DNA of 64,000 bases from Bacteroidales bacterium (GCA_007118495.1 SKRM01000032.1:34223-98222), one strand, 5' to 3'. Shown: positions 12,445-23,011, counted from the first letter of the stretch. Numbers and translations: made by a program. The notes: generated from the letters alone by a model not told the origin.

Positions 12445-13232
12445 AAACATATTTGAACCTTTTGCAAGAGATTATTGACAAAGGGGTGCAGAAAAGTGAC
12501 CGTACCGGAACTGGCACCTTAAGTATATTCGGGCACCAGATGCGTTTTGACCTGAGTCAGGGCTTTCCACTGGTAACCACAAAAAAAATACACCTCAGGT
12601 CAGTTATTCATGAATTATTGTGGTTCCTCAGCGGCGATACGAATATCCGCTACCTGAAAGAGAATGGGGTATCCATCTGGGATGAATGGGCAGATGACCA
12701 GGGTGAACTGGGGCCGGTGTACGGAGCCCAGTGGAGAAGTTGGCCCTCACATAAAGGAGACATAGATCAGATTGCTGATCTCATTGAACAGATCAAGAGC
12801 AAACCTGACTCAAGACGTCATCTGGTCAGTGCATGGAATCCGGCCCAGCTCGACCAAATGGCTCTGCCCCCCTGCCATGTCTTATTTCAGTTCTATGTGG
12901 CTGGGGGCAAGTTGTCTTGTCAGCTGTATCAGCGCAGTGCAGATTGTTTTTTAGGTGTTCCGTTTAATATTGCATCCTATTCATTGCTGACACTGATGGT
13001 GGCTCAGGTATGTGACCTGATTCCCGGTGAATTCATTCATACATTTGGTGATGCACACTTATACCTGAACCATCTGGAGCAAGCCAACCTGCAGCTTGGG
13101 AGAGACCCCCGACCCCTGCCGGTAATGAAGCTGAATAAATCGGTGAAAAATATTTTTGAATTTACCTACGATGACTTTGAGTTGTCGGGGTACGATCCCC
13201 ATCCGCATATCAAAGCCCCGGTGGCCGTTTAG
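12441..13232 (+). CDS. thyA: thymidylate synthase
   Basis: [15 protein letters not shown]...DRTGTGT..., catalytic [21 protein letters not shown]. The ATG overlaps the nupC stop (ATGA). Confidence 0.95.
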   Translation: MKTYLNLLQEIIDKGVQKSDRTGTGTLSIFGHQMRFDLSQGFPLVTTKKIHLRSVIHELLWFLSGDTNIRYLKENGVSIWDEWADDQGELGPVYGAQWRSWPSHKGDIDQIADLIEQIKSKPDSRRHLVSAWNPAQLDQMALPPCHVLFQFYVAGGKLSCQLYQRSADCFLGVPFNIASYSLLTLMVAQVCDLIPGEFIHTFGDAHLYLNHLEQANLQLGRDPRPLPVMKLNKSVKNIFEFTYDDFELSGYDPHPHIKAPVAV

Positions 13233-13293
13233 ACAAATTTGAAGGAGAACCGTATTCAATCCTTCCAAACATATAAACCAAAACAACATAAGC

Positions 13294-13797
13294 ATGAAGG
13301 TATCCCTTATTGCAGCCGTGGCGAATAATCAGGTAATTGGCAACAACAACCGCCTTATATGGCATTTGCCGGCTGACCTCAGACACTTTAAAAAATTAAC
13401 CATGGGGCACACCCTCATCATGGGGAGAAAGACCTATGAGTCAATAGGCAAACCGCTTCCCGGAAGAAAAACCATCATCATTACAAGTCAGAAAGCTTAC
13501 AAGGCTGCCGGTTGCACAATAGCCGGATCAGTAGGTGAGGCCATAAAACTGGTTAAAGGAGAAAAAGATGTATTTGTGGCAGGGGGAGCTGAAATTTACG
13601 AACAAACCATCGACCTTTACCATACCAGAAGGCTGTATATCACAAGAATATTTGCCAACTTTGATGGAGATACATTTTTCCCTGAAATAGATGAGGAGAA
13701 ATGGGAATTATTGGAAAGGGTTGACCATGAGGCTGATGAAAAAAACCCCTATCCATATTCATTTCTGGTTTACAAGAAAAAAACCAAGTGCCATTAA
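13294..13797 (+). CDS. folA: dihydrofolate reductase
   Basis: 167 aa: IAAVANNQVIGNNNRLIWHLPADLRHFKKLTMGHTLIMGRKTYESIG. Confidence 0.93.
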   Translation: MKVSLIAAVANNQVIGNNNRLIWHLPADLRHFKKLTMGHTLIMGRKTYESIGKPLPGRKTIIITSQKAYKAAGCTIAGSVGEAIKLVKGEKDVFVAGGAEIYEQTIDLYHTRRLYITRIFANFDGDTFFPEIDEEKWELLERVDHEADEKNPYPYSFLVYKKKTKCH

Positions 13798-15065
13798 TAT
13801 TGGGGTACAGACATGGTTTTCAACGGCTGCTGTCTGGCTGCAGGAAAGAGCACGTTATTAAGGATCAATCTGTAACCAGGTGAGTTAGGGAAAAGATCCA
13901 GATCCGTTGGCGGATCACCAACATGGTGTCTGTAGTCTTCCGGGTCATGTCCACCCAAAAAGGTAAATGTGCCATTTCCCAAACTCCCGTGTATATAGCG
14001 GGCTTCTTCTTTTGAGCGGTTCTCGCCCAGAATGGTGACAGTGGGTTTAATAAGCTGCCGGCGAAATGCAGTGGTCTGCCCCATAAACCCCCTCACTACC
14101 CTTTCATGGTTTTGGGTTAGCATGGTAGGTACCGGATCCCATTTGGCAGAAAACTCAAACAGTGTAAAAAAATCTGTAGCTTCATTTCTGCCGGTTTTGG
14201 GTACATCAATATTTGATTTCTCGTAAATGGTGGGGTCAGGTACGATGGTGAAATTCTCAAAAGCAAAAGTGCGGCTAAAATCGAGACTTTCCTGGGCGTC
14301 CGGATCAGGAGGTGTTCCGTTGTATACTTCGTGCAAAATATCCACCCCTTCGGCTGCCAGGGCGATATCTATACTTTCAGGAGCTGAACACATGGCAAAC
14401 ATATAACCTCCTCCTGCCACAAATTCGCGGATAGCTTTTGCCACAGCAAGTTTCAGATCAGAAACCTGTGAAAAACCAAGGCGACGGGCTGTCTCCTCAG
14501 CCAACCTTACATCTTCCTGATACCAGTCTGTATGCCTGAAAGCCAGCCAGAATTTTCCAAACTGTCCTGTAAAATCTTCATGATGAAGGTGCAGCCAGTC
14601 GTACATTGGCAAAACACCTGTAAGTACATCTTCATCGTAAATGGCATCGTAAGGGATTTCTGCATAGGTCAGTGCCAGCGTCACAGCATCATCCCAGGGC
14701 AAGCTGTTTGGTGGGGTATAAACTGCAATGCGGGGAACCTTGTGCAGGCGGATCTCTTCCTGGTTAACCTCGGGGCTGGCAATATCCCTTAAAATTCCGG
14801 CCGCCTGTACATCGGCTATAACCTGGTAGCTAACTCCCCTGACCACAAGTTCTTGTTCGAATTCAGGATGGTGGTCAAACATAAAGCTTCCACCTCTATA
14901 ATTAAGCAACCAGCTTACTTCGATATCATGTGTCAGAACATGATAGGCAATTCCATAAGCTTTCAAATGGTTACGCTGCGATTGGTCCATGGGTACAAAA
15001 ATCTGTGCTGAAAACGCTGCAGCCTGCAGGGCAATCAACAACAATACTGTAACCACCAGACGCAT
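13794..15065 (-). CDS. exported protein of unknown function
   Basis: 423 aa from MRLVVTVLLLIALQAAAFSAQ (signal peptide). No catalytic motif recognised. Its stop overlaps the folA stop (TTAA). Confidence 0.6.
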   Translation of the reverse strand: MRLVVTVLLLIALQAAAFSAQIFVPMDQSQRNHLKAYGIAYHVLTHDIEVSWLLNYRGGSFMFDHHPEFEQELVVRGVSYQVIADVQAAGILRDIASPEVNQEEIRLHKVPRIAVYTPPNSLPWDDAVTLALTYAEIPYDAIYDEDVLTGVLPMYDWLHLHHEDFTGQFGKFWLAFRHTDWYQEDVRLAEETARRLGFSQVSDLKLAVAKAIREFVAGGGYMFAMCSAPESIDIALAAEGVDILHEVYNGTPPDPDAQESLDFSRTFAFENFTIVPDPTIYEKSNIDVPKTGRNEATDFFTLFEFSAKWDPVPTMLTQNHERVVRGFMGQTTAFRRQLIKPTVTILGENRSKEEARYIHGSLGNGTFTFLGGHDPEDYRHHVGDPPTDLDLFPNSPGYRLILNNVLFPAARQQPLKTMSVPQY

Positions 15066-15121
15066 GATCTTTAAAAGGTAAAAGTGCATAATTTTACATA
15101 TTTCCACAATAACAGTACCAA

Positions 15122-16654
15122 TCAGAATGGTACTTCGTCATCATCCATTTCATTCATCTTGGAGGGAATGGTCATGGTATTTGGCTGGTCATCAAATGAG
15201 CCGGAAGGTTTCATATCGGGCGCAAAAGCATAGTCTCCCCTGTCGTAATCTGTAAATTTGGCAAAATTCTGAATAAACCTCAGATCGATATCTTTTAATG
15301 CACCGTTTCGGTGTTTGGCAATGATCAGCTGAGCCAGTCCCTCGGTTGAATTACCCTGTTCATCTTCCGTGATCTGGTAATATTCCGGCCTATATATAAA
15401 CAACACCATATCGGCATCTTGTTCAATGGCTCCTGATTCTCGTAAATCTGACAATATGGGTCGTTTTGATCCGCCCCTGGTCTCAACAGCCCTGCTAAGC
15501 TGTGAAATGGCAATCACAGAGATTTCAAGCTCTTTTGCCAGACTCTTCATTGACCTTGAAATATTACTGATCTCCTGTTCTCTGTTACCCCTGTGGTTAT
15601 CGCTACCCGCAGTCATCAACTGTAAATAGTCAACAATCACAAGCTGAATGTTATGCTGGGCTTTAAGGCGCCGGCATTTTGCCCTGAGCTCAAAGATCGA
15701 TAAAGCAGGCGTATCATCTATATACAAAGGTGCTTCGGTAAGTGTACCCAACCGGGCATTCAGTTGTTCCCACTCATACTGCTCCAATTGTCCACGTTTG
15801 AGTTTATCTGCAGCAAGCTCCGTTTCACTTGCTATGAGCCTTGTTACAAGTTGTACACCTGACATCTCAAGTGAAAACACAGCAATGGGCTTCTTGAAAT
15901 CAACAGCCATGTTTCTGGCCATCGAAAGCACAAAAGCTGTCTTACCCATACCAGGTCTTGCGGCCAAAACAATCAGGTCAGATTTTTGCCAGCCGGCAGT
16001 AACCCTGTCAAGCTCTGTGAAGCCGCTGGGAATGCCACTAATGTGGCCATCCTGGTTTTTAGCGCCCTCTATTTGCTTGACTGCTTCCTTGATAAGTGAA
16101 TGCATGTCATCATAGTTGCGGCGCAAATTGGTTTCGCTAACGGCAAACAACTCTTTTTCGGCACGATCAAGAATATCAAACACATCCTTGGCATCCTCAT
16201 ATGACTCCCTGATAATCTCTGAGCTGATCCGTATCAGCTCACGCTGAATGAATTTCTGTAAGATAATTCTTGCATGATATTCAACATTGGCAGCACTGGC
16301 AACCCTGCTGGTAAGCATGGAAATATAATATGCCCCTCCGCAAATTTCAAGCTGACCATCCTTTTTCAGGGTTTCAGTAACTGTAAGAATATCCACTGGT
16401 TTTCCGGCACCAAACAACTTATGCATGGCGGCAAAAATCTTCTGGTGAGCCTCCTTGTAAAAAACCTCAGTTTTGAGAATATCAATTACATTTGTTAAAG
16501 CATCCTGCTCAAGCATCATGGCACCCAAAACAGCTTCTTCAAGGTCGGTGGCCTGGGGGGGAATTCTCCCATGATCAGTATAATCAATTGGCAAGGAATG
16601 TTTTGGCCGGACTCGTCCGGTTACCTCTCGGATTTTTTGCTGATTTTCTTCCAT
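15122..16654 (-). CDS. dnaB: replicative DNA helicase
   Basis: 510 aa. N-terminal domain (PPQATDLEEAVLGAMML), Walker A ARPGMGKTAF, Walker B VIVDYLQLM, SDLRESGAIEQDAD. Confidence 0.95.
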   Translation of the reverse strand: MEENQQKIREVTGRVRPKHSLPIDYTDHGRIPPQATDLEEAVLGAMMLEQDALTNVIDILKTEVFYKEAHQKIFAAMHKLFGAGKPVDILTVTETLKKDGQLEICGGAYYISMLTSRVASAANVEYHARIILQKFIQRELIRISSEIIRESYEDAKDVFDILDRAEKELFAVSETNLRRNYDDMHSLIKEAVKQIEGAKNQDGHISGIPSGFTELDRVTAGWQKSDLIVLAARPGMGKTAFVLSMARNMAVDFKKPIAVFSLEMSGVQLVTRLIASETELAADKLKRGQLEQYEWEQLNARLGTLTEAPLYIDDTPALSIFELRAKCRRLKAQHNIQLVIVDYLQLMTAGSDNHRGNREQEISNISRSMKSLAKELEISVIAISQLSRAVETRGGSKRPILSDLRESGAIEQDADMVLFIYRPEYYQITEDEQGNSTEGLAQLIIAKHRNGALKDIDLRFIQNFAKFTDYDRGDYAFAPDMKPSGSFDDQPNTMTIPSKMNEMDDDEVPF

Positions 16655-16751
16655 GATTCAAATATACATGAAATTTTTCAGGTGTAGCCGCGACAGAAAA
16701 TTAATCACCAAGCATAGCGGTTGCTTCTTGGTAAACTACAGTATATCAACG

Positions 16752-18095
16752 CTAAACAGGGTTTTTATCCTGAACAATTTCCCACAGGCGCCCCAGGTTT
16801 CTCAACCTGGTGGTCAGATAAAGTGTAAGTTCTCTTATGAGATACTCCATGCCTTCATGGGTTGGCTGCCGATAGATTTTCTCATACAATGTGGCAGCCT
16901 CAGGATCTGATTTGATACGTCCCGGAAAAGGTTCCGGTGTCACATCCATCTGCATTAGTATTGCTTCCGGGCTCTTCAGCGCGACTCCACCCGGTGAAAC
17001 CACTGCGTCTTTTTTAAAAAGCTGAGACAAGTCTGTATAACCGGGTTGCCAATTTGATTGAAGAGAAAAACCTATGGTGGGCAAACTCTTTTCGTCTCCA
17101 AAATGCACAAGGTGCTCCCTGCTGCCAAGCCGATCTGTAAATTTCTTGCCCGATCCAACGCCTTCTGGCCATTGAAGCGGCCAGTAGAATACCGGTTCTG
17201 GGTTTTTATCATCCAGCGAATATAAAGCTGACAGAAACACCAGGCTATTATAAGGTCTTGTTCCTTCAAACAATGGAATGGCTGGTGAAAAAACCAATGC
17301 GGCATAGACTGAGGCAGGCTTGGTAACCGATGAAACTGTCCTACTGACCAGGGCCTCGTTGGTCAACTCATCGCCAAAGGCTGTGTTTTCATGCTGCCTG
17401 TTTGTCTTTTTCCAACAGTGTCCAATGAAATCGCACGGATAGGGATCATGGCAGTGGGGTCCGATAGGAATATCAGGAGAGCTGGTATAAGCATCTACCA
17501 GCCTCAGTTTCTCAATGAGTGCAATGACATCAGCTTGTCTGTCTTTTACCTCTTCTGTAACATCTTTGAATACGAACAATGCATGCACATCTAAAGCACC
17601 ATGCATGACATAAGCAGGATTTATATACACCAGTTCGAAACGATTAATCTTCAAACCTGCTCCATTCAGTATATGGTATTGCAGGGCTGCATCCCATATG
17701 TATGTATCTGACAGAGACCTGCTGCTTTTCACTTCAACAGCGCGCCATCCATCATCTTCTGCAACCAATATGTCCAGTGCCGCCCTTACCCCATCATACT
17801 GAAATGATGCTTCATAAATGACCGGACAAGCCTCTTTAAGCAACTCGCCGGTGCGTTTAATGGAGGCTGTCATTTGCAAACCAGAACCAGGTGAAGCATT
17901 TATCCCACCTGGGAAAAGCTCTCTGGCATATACCCCAACATTGGTTCCCCTGATGAATTTTGCCAGTTGTTCAGGTGGGAGTTTATCCCTGAGAAAGGGT
18001 CTTTTTTTATGCAAATAATATGATTTTTCACACTGCAACCCCCTGATGAAAGTCGACTTTGACAAAAATGCGGGAGATCTTTTGGGTTTATTCAT
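16752..18095 (-). CDS. DUF2779-like protein with N-terminal Cas4/RecB-type PD-(D/E)xK nuclease and Cys staple
   Basis: LSKSTFIRGLQCEKSYYL..., ALDILV...AVEVKSS (D...ExK), CHDPYPCDFIGHC (C-x5-C-x5-C). The start is taken at MNKPKR (8-nt overlap with the upstream gene); the ORF is open to 18155. Confidence 0.6.
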   Translation of the reverse strand: MNKPKRSPAFLSKSTFIRGLQCEKSYYLHKKRPFLRDKLPPEQLAKFIRGTNVGVYARELFPGGINASPGSGLQMTASIKRTGELLKEACPVIYEASFQYDGVRAALDILVAEDDGWRAVEVKSSRSLSDTYIWDAALQYHILNGAGLKINRFELVYINPAYVMHGALDVHALFVFKDVTEEVKDRQADVIALIEKLRLVDAYTSSPDIPIGPHCHDPYPCDFIGHCWKKTNRQHENTAFGDELTNEALVSRTVSSVTKPASVYAALVFSPAIPLFEGTRPYNSLVFLSALYSLDDKNPEPVFYWPLQWPEGVGSGKKFTDRLGSREHLVHFGDEKSLPTIGFSLQSNWQPGYTDLSQLFKKDAVVSPGGVALKSPEAILMQMDVTPEPFPGRIKSDPEAATLYEKIYRQPTHEGMEYLIRELTLYLTTRLRNLGRLWEIVQDKNPV

Positions 18096-20043
18096 TTGGC
18101 CTGATAATTTTGAATTCAGTTCTGCGGTTATTGGCCCGGCCCTCTTCTGTTTCATTGGTATCTACCGGCCTTGTGTCACCATAACCGACGTAAGTAATCC
18201 TTTCAGGAGAAACCCCATTCGCAAGCAGAAATGCTCTGACACTCCTTGCCCGATTTTCAGACAACACCTTGTTGTATGCGTATGAACCCGTGCTATCGGT
18301 GTGACCACCGATTTCAATATGGATTTCAGGATTGTTTTCCATTAAATCAAGTAACCTGATAAGTTCATGAACCGAGGCTTTTTTCAGGGTATAACTGTCG
18401 GTATCAAAGAAGACATTTCTGAGTACCACAGCCACTCCCACCTTTACAGGCTCAAGGATTATATCACGCAGGTGAGGTTCAGCAGTTGTCCTGAGGTCTT
18501 CATAGCTAAAGTTCTCTGAAAAAAACAAATACCCCTCTTTTGAAACGTGAAGGGCCATATTACGACCGGTGGGTATGGGCACAAGAAAGCTTCCATCAAC
18601 CGCATCGGCACTGGCACTTAACAAAACCAAACCTCTTTCAACATCAATCAGCTCAAAATCGGCCCCAAGGGGATAACCGGTGTCTGCGTTGCTGACTATA
18701 CCTTTCATATAAGTAACGGGTGTTGGACGGGCTTCTTCATAAAGCCTGAAGTAATACAGGTCGCTATCGCCATAGCCACCCTCCTTGTCTGAGGCAAACC
18801 AGGCAGTTTCGCCTGATGCACCTACAATCAGGGCAAATTCATCACCATGGGTATTGATAGGATATCCAAGGTTTACAACTTCAGACCAACTTCCCTGCTC
18901 ATCACGCCTGGTGAAAAAAATATCCAGCCCTCCCATGCCAGGATGTCCCTCTGAAGCAAAATAAAGTGTCTGGTTGTCTGGATGGATAAAGGGTGACATT
19001 TCACCTTTTCGGGTATTGATTACAGTGCCCATATTTTCAGGAATATTCCAGGTCCCATCCTCATTACGGGTGGTTTTCCATATATCAGATGGTCCGAAAC
19101 TTCCGGAACGACTGCTGGCAAAATACAAAGTATTTCCATCAGCCGATACAGAAGGTTGTGAATCCCATGCAGGAGAATTAACAGGATGCCCCAGGTTTTC
19201 AGGGACGCTCCACCTTCCACCTTCCTGCCTTGAATAATAGATATCACAACTTCCTATACCATCAGGCCTGTTGCAGGCCGTAAAGTAGAGGTGCTTTCCG
19301 TCAGCTGTTATGGTTTGTGCACCTTCATTACCCAAGGTATTTAACGGAGGGCCAAGGTTCTCTGCGGCGGTCCAGGTTCCATCACGGAAATAACTGATGT
19401 AAAAATCTTCATAATAATCTTGCCTCATGCCAGAACTCCTGCGTTCGCGGGGCTTTTTCCTGGTAAATATCAATGTCTGCTCATCAGCTGTAAGGGCAGG
19501 GCTATACTCGGCAAAGGAGGTATTAATTGATGGGCCGGGATTTTGCGGATCAAAGGGAACGGGATGCTGAATTGCATGCAAGGCAAATTCACAATGTCTT
19601 AGCAACCCGGCAGATTGCTCACTGAGTTTGTCACTGGTAACTTCCAGCTGCAAATAAGACTGCAGTCGCGACCTGGCCAACGCATAATTACCTGTGTTAA
19701 AATATGCTTCTCCAAGATAATATAGTGCAGGTGGGTAGAAAAGTGAATCTATGCGGATAGCCTGTTCAAGGTGGGGAATACTGTTTTCCAATTCACCTTG
19801 CTGGGCATATGCATCAGCGATGAGCAAGTGGGCCTCAATAAACTCCGGGTCTCTGCTTAAAGCCTGTCCAAGAAGCACAATGGCTCCGGGATAGTCAAAA
19901 CGGTTAATCGCCTCCTCTGCCCTTTCGTAAGCCCTCCTGGCCCGGCGGTCAGTTGAACCTGGTTCATGGTTTGCCTGCCCGAAAAGCATCAGGGGAGATG
20001 CCCAAAACAGGAGCACCACCATACATGTAATATCCTTTCTCAT
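18088..20043 (-). CDS. OmpA-family protein with TPR repeats and TolB-like beta-propeller repeats
   Basis: 651 aa with a signal peptide, TPR region, repeated ...SP..S.DG..LYF.S.R.G..G..DI... units and a C-terminal OmpA_C block (GHTDSTGSYAYNKVLSENRA...NRRTEF). Confidence 0.85.
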   Translation of the reverse strand: MRKDITCMVVLLFWASPLMLFGQANHEPGSTDRRARRAYERAEEAINRFDYPGAIVLLGQALSRDPEFIEAHLLIADAYAQQGELENSIPHLEQAIRIDSLFYPPALYYLGEAYFNTGNYALARSRLQSYLQLEVTSDKLSEQSAGLLRHCEFALHAIQHPVPFDPQNPGPSINTSFAEYSPALTADEQTLIFTRKKPRERRSSGMRQDYYEDFYISYFRDGTWTAAENLGPPLNTLGNEGAQTITADGKHLYFTACNRPDGIGSCDIYYSRQEGGRWSVPENLGHPVNSPAWDSQPSVSADGNTLYFASSRSGSFGPSDIWKTTRNEDGTWNIPENMGTVINTRKGEMSPFIHPDNQTLYFASEGHPGMGGLDIFFTRRDEQGSWSEVVNLGYPINTHGDEFALIVGASGETAWFASDKEGGYGDSDLYYFRLYEEARPTPVTYMKGIVSNADTGYPLGADFELIDVERGLVLLSASADAVDGSFLVPIPTGRNMALHVSKEGYLFFSENFSYEDLRTTAEPHLRDIILEPVKVGVAVVLRNVFFDTDSYTLKKASVHELIRLLDLMENNPEIHIEIGGHTDSTGSYAYNKVLSENRARSVRAFLLANGVSPERITYVGYGDTRPVDTNETEEGRANNRRTEFKIIRPNE

Positions 20044-20064
20044 ACATGGAATTAAACCATAAAT

Positions 20065-20721
20065 TTAGGGAATATTCATGAACTTGTGCGACTGCAGAGA
20101 CACCATCCATTGCGGGTGCTGTTTGACATACTCAATAATGATTGGCAACATATCACCCGATTGGCTCCATTCAGGCTGCAGGAACAATCGACATTCCTGA
20201 TGAACGAGGGCAGCATGTTTTTCAGCCCACTTAAAATCAGACTCTTCATGAATAATCATTTTAAGTTCATCAGCCCTTTCAAGCATATCCTGACGTGGGG
20301 GCAGGTTCTTTTTTGGTGAGAGACAAATCCAGTCAAATAAGGCTGTGGATGAATAGGCCCCACAGGTTTCGAGATAGATGGTAGCCCCTTTGTCTTTCAG
20401 TCCGTCGCAAAGTAAATCAAGCTTATATTTCAATGGTTCTCCCCCGGTAAGAACCACAGCGTTGGCCGGAAAAGCGTGGACAAAATCTATAATGTCAGCA
20501 GTTTTTGTCAATGGGTGCAACGCGGCATTCCATGACTCTTTGACGTCACACCAGTGACAACCAACGTCACATCCACCAATCCTCACAAAAGCTGCAGGTT
20601 TTCCTGTATTGAAACCCTCACCCTGAATCGAATAGAACATTTCCATGACAGGCAGCAAGAAGCCCCTGTCAAGCAATTTGCTGTCTCCGGGTTGGAGGTT
20701 TGTAAGTGTGCAATCAGTCAA
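20065..20721 (-). CDS. queE: 7-carboxy-7-deazaguanine synthase (radical SAM)
   Basis: [31 protein letters not shown]. 218 aa. Its start overlaps the folD stop by 8 nt. Confidence 0.85.
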   Translation of the reverse strand: MTDCTLTNLQPGDSKLLDRGFLLPVMEMFYSIQGEGFNTGKPAAFVRIGGCDVGCHWCDVKESWNAALHPLTKTADIIDFVHAFPANAVVLTGGEPLKYKLDLLCDGLKDKGATIYLETCGAYSSTALFDWICLSPKKNLPPRQDMLERADELKMIIHEESDFKWAEKHAALVHQECRLFLQPEWSQSGDMLPIIIEYVKQHPQWMVSLQSHKFMNIP

Positions 20722-21604
20722 TGGAGCCGTATATTTCTTTTTTTGCAGATTTCAGGGTATTCATCAACAGCGAAACAATCGTCATAGGGCCAACGCCACC
20801 AGGAACAGGAGTAATAAAAGAGGCTTTTTTTGCAACTTCTTCAAACCTGACATCACCTGTCAGTCTGAACCCCGATTTGGTTTCGTCAGATGGAATTCTG
20901 TGAATGCCAACGTCAATAACAACGGCACCCTCTTTTACCATATCGGCCGTGACATATCCGGGCCGGCCGATAGCAACGATCAGAATATCGGCAGCTGCAC
21001 ATATTTCCTGAAGGTTTTTGGTCTTGCTATGACATATGGTTACTGTAGCGTTTCCGGGTTCTTCATTACGTGACATAAGTAGTCCCATAGGTTTTCCGAC
21101 TATATTGCTACGCCCCAGGATAACACAATTTTTTCCGGTGGTCTCAATACGGCTGCGCATGAGCAGTTCAAGTATCCCATAAGGTGTCGCAGGAACATAA
21201 GAGGGCAGGCCAATTGTCATCCTGCCTATATTTACCGGATGAAACCCATCCACATCTTTTTCAGGATGTATTCGTTGAATCACTTTTTGATTATCTATAT
21301 GCTCGGGCAATGGAAGCTGAACAATCAGACCGTCTATCTCCGGATCGTTATTAATAAAATCTACAGCCTCCAATAATTCATTTTCTGAAACATCAGCGGG
21401 GAAACGGTAAGTAGAAGAATCAAAACCAACCTGTTTACATGCTGTGGCTTTATTGTTCACATATGTTTCGCTGGCACCATCTTCTCCCACAAGAATAGCA
21501 GCCAGGTGAGGGATTTTCCCACCTTTATCCACTATGCGTTTTACTTCTTCTGCGATTTCACCTTTAATGGTGTTTGCAATCTCCTTTCCATCTATCAGCT
21601 TCAT
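20714..21604 (-). CDS. folD: bifunctional methylenetetrahydrofolate dehydrogenase/methenyl-THF cyclohydrolase
   Basis: 296 aa: [44 protein letters not shown]. Confidence 0.95.
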   Translation of the reverse strand: MKLIDGKEIANTIKGEIAEEVKRIVDKGGKIPHLAAILVGEDGASETYVNNKATACKQVGFDSSTYRFPADVSENELLEAVDFINNDPEIDGLIVQLPLPEHIDNQKVIQRIHPEKDVDGFHPVNIGRMTIGLPSYVPATPYGILELLMRSRIETTGKNCVILGRSNIVGKPMGLLMSRNEEPGNATVTICHSKTKNLQEICAAADILIVAIGRPGYVTADMVKEGAVVIDVGIHRIPSDETKSGFRLTGDVRFEEVAKKASFITPVPGGVGPMTIVSLLMNTLKSAKKEIYGSID

Positions 21605-21670
21605 GATTTAATCTTTTTGACTTGGTTACTGAAGTTACAATTATTTTACCAGACAGCAGCAGTCAGCATA

Positions 21671-23011
21671 CTACCTTCTCATCCCCTGAACGTTTCGCAT
21701 TAAGTTGGCCATTTTGCCCTTACCCCCGGTGGTCATCATCCGCATCATCTTACGGGTGTCTTCGAATTGCTTGATCAATGAGTTCACTTCCTGAATGTTC
21801 TTGCCTGAACCTTCAGCGATACGTTTTCGTCTGCTCCCGTTAAGTATTGCGGGATTTTCGCGTTCTTTGGGTGTCATTGAATGTATAATGGCTTCAATGC
21901 CTTTAAAAGCATCATCTTCAAGGTCAATATCCTTCATGGCTTTACCCATACCCGGAATCATACCCATGAGGTCTTTCACATTCCCCATTTTTTTAATTTG
22001 CTGAAGCTGCGACAGAAAATCATTGAAATTAAACTGGTTTTTAGCGATTTTCTTCTGCAGCTTCCTTGCCTCATCTACGTCATATTGCTCCTGCGCTTTC
22101 TCCACAAGCGAAACAATATCACCCATTCCAAGAATACGGTCTGCCATTCGGCGGGGATGGAATACATCGATGGCATCCATTTTCTCACCTATCCCCACAA
22201 ATTTAATGGGCTTGTCCACAACTGAACGAATGGTTAGGGCAGCACCACCCCTGGTGTCACCATCCAGTTTGGTGAGCACAACACCTTCATAATCGAGCCT
22301 CTGGTTAAAAGCCCTGGCCGTATTCACCGCATCCTGACCGGTCATGGCGTCGACAACAAACAGCGTTTCCTGCGGATTGAGCGCTTTTTTCAATGCGGAT
22401 ATTTCATCCATCATCTGGGCATCGATGGCAAGACGCCCGGCAGTATCTACTACCACCACCTGGTGACCCATGGTTTTGGCGTGACTGATGGCTCTTTTGG
22501 CAATTGATACCGGGTCTTTTACGTCTGCTTCAGTGTATACCTCAACCTGAATCTGCTCTCCCAAAACTTTGAGCTGATCAATAGCAGCAGGACGGTAAAC
22601 ATCACAGGCTGTCAGCAACACCTTTTTACCCTTCTTGGCCTTCAGGTAATTGGCCAGTTTCGCTGAAAAGGTGGTTTTACCACTTCCCTGCAAACCTGCT
22701 ATGAGTATGATGGCAGGACTTCCTTTCAGGTTAAGTTCTTCATGGGTGGTTCCCATGAGTTCAGTCAGTTCTTCATGAACAACCTTAACCATGAGCTGTC
22801 CTGGTGAAACAGCCGTTAAGACATTTCTCCCAAGAACTTTCTCTTTTACATTTTCGGTGAAAGTTTTGGCGATCTTAAAGTTTACGTCGGCATCAACAAG
22901 GGCTCTCCTAACATCCTTGAGTGATTCAGCCACATTGATCTCGGTAATATGACCCTGACCCTTTATGACCTTAAAGGCCTTTTCAAGCTTCTCATTTAAA
23001 TTCTCAAACAT
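21671..23011 (-). CDS. ffh: signal recognition particle protein
   Basis: 446 aa: GLQGSGKTT, DTAGR, TKLDGD, and a Met-rich M domain (MMRMMTTGGKGKM). Confidence 0.96.
   Translation of the reverse strand: MFENLNEKLEKAFKVIKGQGHITEINVAESLKDVRRALVDADVNFKIAKTFTENVKEKVLGRNVLTAVSPGQLMVKVVHEELTELMGTTHEELNLKGSPAIILIAGLQGSGKTTFSAKLANYLKAKKGKKVLLTACDVYRPAAIDQLKVLGEQIQVEVYTEADVKDPVSIAKRAISHAKTMGHQVVVVDTAGRLAIDAQMMDEISALKKALNPQETLFVVDAMTGQDAVNTARAFNQRLDYEGVVLTKLDGDTRGGAALTIRSVVDKPIKFVGIGEKMDAIDVFHPRRMADRILGMGDIVSLVEKAQEQYDVDEARKLQKKIAKNQFNFNDFLSQLQQIKKMGNVKDLMGMIPGMGKAMKDIDLEDDAFKGIEAIIHSMTPKERENPAILNGSRRKRIAEGSGKNIQEVNSLIKQFEDTRKMMRMMTTGGKGKMANLMRNVQGMRR

Noticed and set aside
15648-16115. 155-aa ORF antisense to dnaB, and a 142-aa ORF (20645-21073) antisense to folD/queE
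   Set aside because: They are nested in conserved housekeeping genes and have no recognisable motifs.
16659-16666. TATATTTG-type -7 box match on the minus strand upstream of dnaB
   Set aside because: It lies only 4 nt from the ATG, too close to be a functional -7 element unless the mRNA is leaderless with a different start. It is not reported as a feature.
15122-20043. dnaB + DUF2779-like nuclease + OmpA-family cluster considered as a possible defence or mobile-element module
   Set aside because: The DnaB is full length and looks like the chromosomal replicative helicase. The flanks are core metabolism (folA, queE, folD, ffh). No integrase, methyltransferase, toxin or repeat boundaries were seen.
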